Positions 32,086-34,922 of a stretch of 34,922 bases of DNA are shown here, piece by piece. The position numbers and the translations under genes are program-made. The notes beneath the pieces were generated by a model, which was given only the letters and a program-made list of their open reading frames with translations, did no database searches and was not told the origin of the DNA. The stretch is from Nemertoderma westbladi (taxonomy: Eukaryota > Animalia > Xenacoelomorpha), in assembly GCA_032718475.1 (NCBI GenBank), contig JAUCBJ010006924.1, forward strand, positions 1 to 34,922. The letters run 5' to 3'. Position 1 is the stretch's first letter. Each line of letters begins with the position of its first letter.

Positions 32086-34585
32086 CCCAAGTGGGTGATA
32101 CAGTACAATATTGAAGTTGTTCAAGAATAGGCCTATAGAAATATGGGTGTAGTGAAACACATTTGTGATGAAGCCGTAGTAATATCAACGCAGTTCTTAC
32201 TCTGCACCGTATCCATCCCATTTCTCATAATCAAACCCTCGACTGGGACTTCACCTCAGCAGGACCCCCTGATCGAGCGAGGACTGGTGGTTCGAGCGAT
32301 ATATGTAACACTGAGGTACGGGCATTGCCGGTAGATATGATAGCAAGGATAAGTCATTAAAGCAGGTTTCGATCCCGACAGTGACAAAATAGGATCTGCT
32401 TACAGAGATGAGTAAAATTACATACAGCATTGGTTAATACTGTACTTAAAATCTCAATATATTCAATATTATAACAATGGACGTCTATTGCTACTACAGT
32501 ATAGGCCTACTACTGTACATTCTATTGCTATTATATTGAATACAATGGTATTTTAAGTATTAGCCAATGCTATAATTTTCCTCAACTAAATTCAGATGAG
32601 TTTCTGTGTACTTTAACATCATATATGTTATATGCTATGCATCACCTTTTAATAAGACAATTATATATTTGCAATACTGTAGGTACCGGAATATAATATA
32701 GTGATAGATAGATATATTAATACTTAACGTCAAATAATAACAAATACAGCAAACAATGTATAGGTATATTGGTATTGTCCAACATAATATAGGTTTACCT
32801 CTAAAGCTTTGCAGCTTATTTCCAAGGGGGTCCTGGTTTTTGGTTTTTTATCTAGATTGACTGGACACATGTACAGTAGGCCCTACTTAAGATATCTGAT
32901 GTAGGTCACTCTGGATTATAATTATTATATTATTATTATAATGAAACAGGTTATATAAACCTTGTTTGTATATATATTTGTTTGTCAAAAAGTGTTTTCC
33001 AACAAAAGAAATTGGAAAAAATTGGAAATAAAAGTGGCGGTAAAAATGTGTTGGTTGACATGCGTCTCGGTATTTATACCTGTACAGTATCTTGGCGAAA
33101 CTGATCAATAATTTCTACACAATTCATATAGATACAAAGAATAGATAACTGTTTATTATTATTATTATTATTAAATAGTGATTTTTCACAAACAATTATC
33201 TATTTATAATAGACGATTATCAATCTGTTATTTAGATATTTTAATTCCGATAAATTTACTCTCTTGCATACAGTAGTGTAATGTATCACCACTGTATACT
33301 GTATCTAGGCCTACGTTGCAATAACTAATTAAAGTCAGTGTCTTCTGTCATGAATATTGGGAGATTCCTGGGAGAGGTTTGAATTCAAACCACACCTCTC
33401 CCTGTTATCTTATAAAGCCAAAACTTAATGATGTAAAAATCAATAATTAAAATTAATTAAATGCTGAAGATAATATATACGCGACATTTAAACATATTTT
33501 ATAAGATAATTTAACCGACAATCACCATTTGGACACCAAAAAAAGAATAGAACATCAAGTAGGCTTTTATTATATTGACTACAGTAGGTATACTACAGTA
33601 TTACCCCAACCACCACTGTGCTTTGTAAAATATAATATTTAATTAACAAACAGTTATTAAAATGTAGTCTTGTGTCTCAGTTTAAATCGCCTTTCGACAA
33701 AATTTGTTTTGAAAATTAATTCCTTCGTTTTATTTCCTATAAACAAATTTTACAAAATTCAAAGACCAAACGAATTTTTTCACTCATTGAAAGCTAAACA
33801 TTTAAAATCAAGCTGGGTAAACAAAGCTTTGAGTACGGATTGCATTAGACTCAACTCATAGTACAATGAGGTACATGTACATTCGTTGAGAATTTTTAAT
33901 TTTAATGCGGCAATATTTTAATGTTTACCAATGCTTTTACAGTACAGTATGCGCACAAATTTTGTTTGTTTTGATTGAGATTTCACATACTACAGTAGGC
34001 CTTCTATTGTTATTGTCAAGGTTTTGGTTTGGAATTGAACACTTTTAAGGAAACACTAGCTTGTCTATGAGAGGTAACGTACGGATTTGTGTGAAAACAT
34101 TATAATTATTTTACTACTTCATTTGTGAGTTTAGCGAATTGTGCAACTTTGCGTTGATCAGTTTAGGATTACCACAAAGCTGTTTTTAATGTTACATTAA
34201 TATTCATATCTGTCCTAGTACTGCACAATGCACATTTGGTGGTATCAAAGGGTAAATAAGTAAAACTCAACTATAATTTTGCGGACGAATTTAAAAATTT
34301 GTGTGTGATTATGAAAGGTAAAGAACGGATTATCGTGCTAGCATGCAATCGTTTAATTAAGATACTGCCTATTATTCATTGAAAATATAATAAAAACAAC
34401 ACGAAATCAAAGTCAACAAACAAAAGAAACGGTTAATTTCAATAGCTTCATGATTTTATTAATACCACCTTGTAGACCAGGCGCCCGTGGCTAATCACTT
34501 GTCATTGCTGAATGGCGTTGTATAATTTATTTTGTATTGTTGGTACGTTAGTAGTCGCTGTACATTATGGTAAAGTTCTTCAAGT

Positions 34586-34922
34586 TTTCTGAGCCACATT
34601 TGTACATTTATTTGAGTCACATTTGTACATTTTTTTGAGTCACATTTGTCCTTTTTTTTTGAGTCACATTTGTACATTTTTTGAGTCACAATTGTACATT
34701 TTTTTGAGTCACATTTGTACATTTTTTTGAGTCACACTTTTACATTGTTTTGAGTCACATTTTATCTTTTTTTTGAGTCAAATTTGTACATTTTTTTGAG
34801 TCACATTTGTACACTTTTTTGAATCACATTTGTACATTTTTTTGAGTCACATTTGTACATTTTTTGAGTCACATTTGTACATTTTTTTGAGTCACATTTG
34901 TAAATTTTTTGGGTCACATTTG
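34586..34922. repeat. 22-bp minisatellite (TTTTTTGAGTCACATTTGTACA), about 15 copies, running off the window end
   Basis: Direct tandem copies are visible. Confidence 0.92.

Noticed and set aside
32270-32385. tRNA or tRNA-derived SINE (A/B-box-like motifs)
   Set aside because: Box spacing is too long and no cloverleaf is evident; cannot be supported without a covariance-model search.

Overview
Repeat-rich, AT-rich eukaryotic (probably invertebrate metazoan) genomic DNA with two host genes. One is a spliced mitochondrial chaperonin HSP60 (4 coding exons, 9329-11931, +). The other is an intronless SETD4-like SET-domain methyltransferase (about 23604-24959, +). Between them lies a 9-kb stack of nested transposons whose ends and target-site duplications (TSDs) can be read directly: a non-autonomous hAT element (14310-17322) containing a 5'-truncated RTE LINE, then a Mutator-like element (17651-23313) containing an apparently intact, autonomous P-superfamily element (17906-21885; 67-bp perfect TIRs, 8-bp TSD, spliced 880-aa THAP transposase). 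Also present: a 68-bp satellite with a 204-bp higher-order repeat interrupted by a CR1/L2-like LINE, a second MULE-like MITE, further LINE relics and minisatellites. The most unusual observations: (i) HSP60 intron 2 is largely a tandem amplification of its own splice donor; (ii) HSP60 intron 3 is an in-frame, stop-free, hydrophobic 3n intron; (iii) a 69-bp RTE tail inserted just before SETD4 supplies an in-frame upstream ATG and a hydrophobic leader; (iv) a 1.4-kb tract upstream of HSP60 is packed with short palindromes resembling transposon excision footprints. No prokaryotic features, CRISPR or clear RNA genes were found. All calls were made by eye, without database searches.
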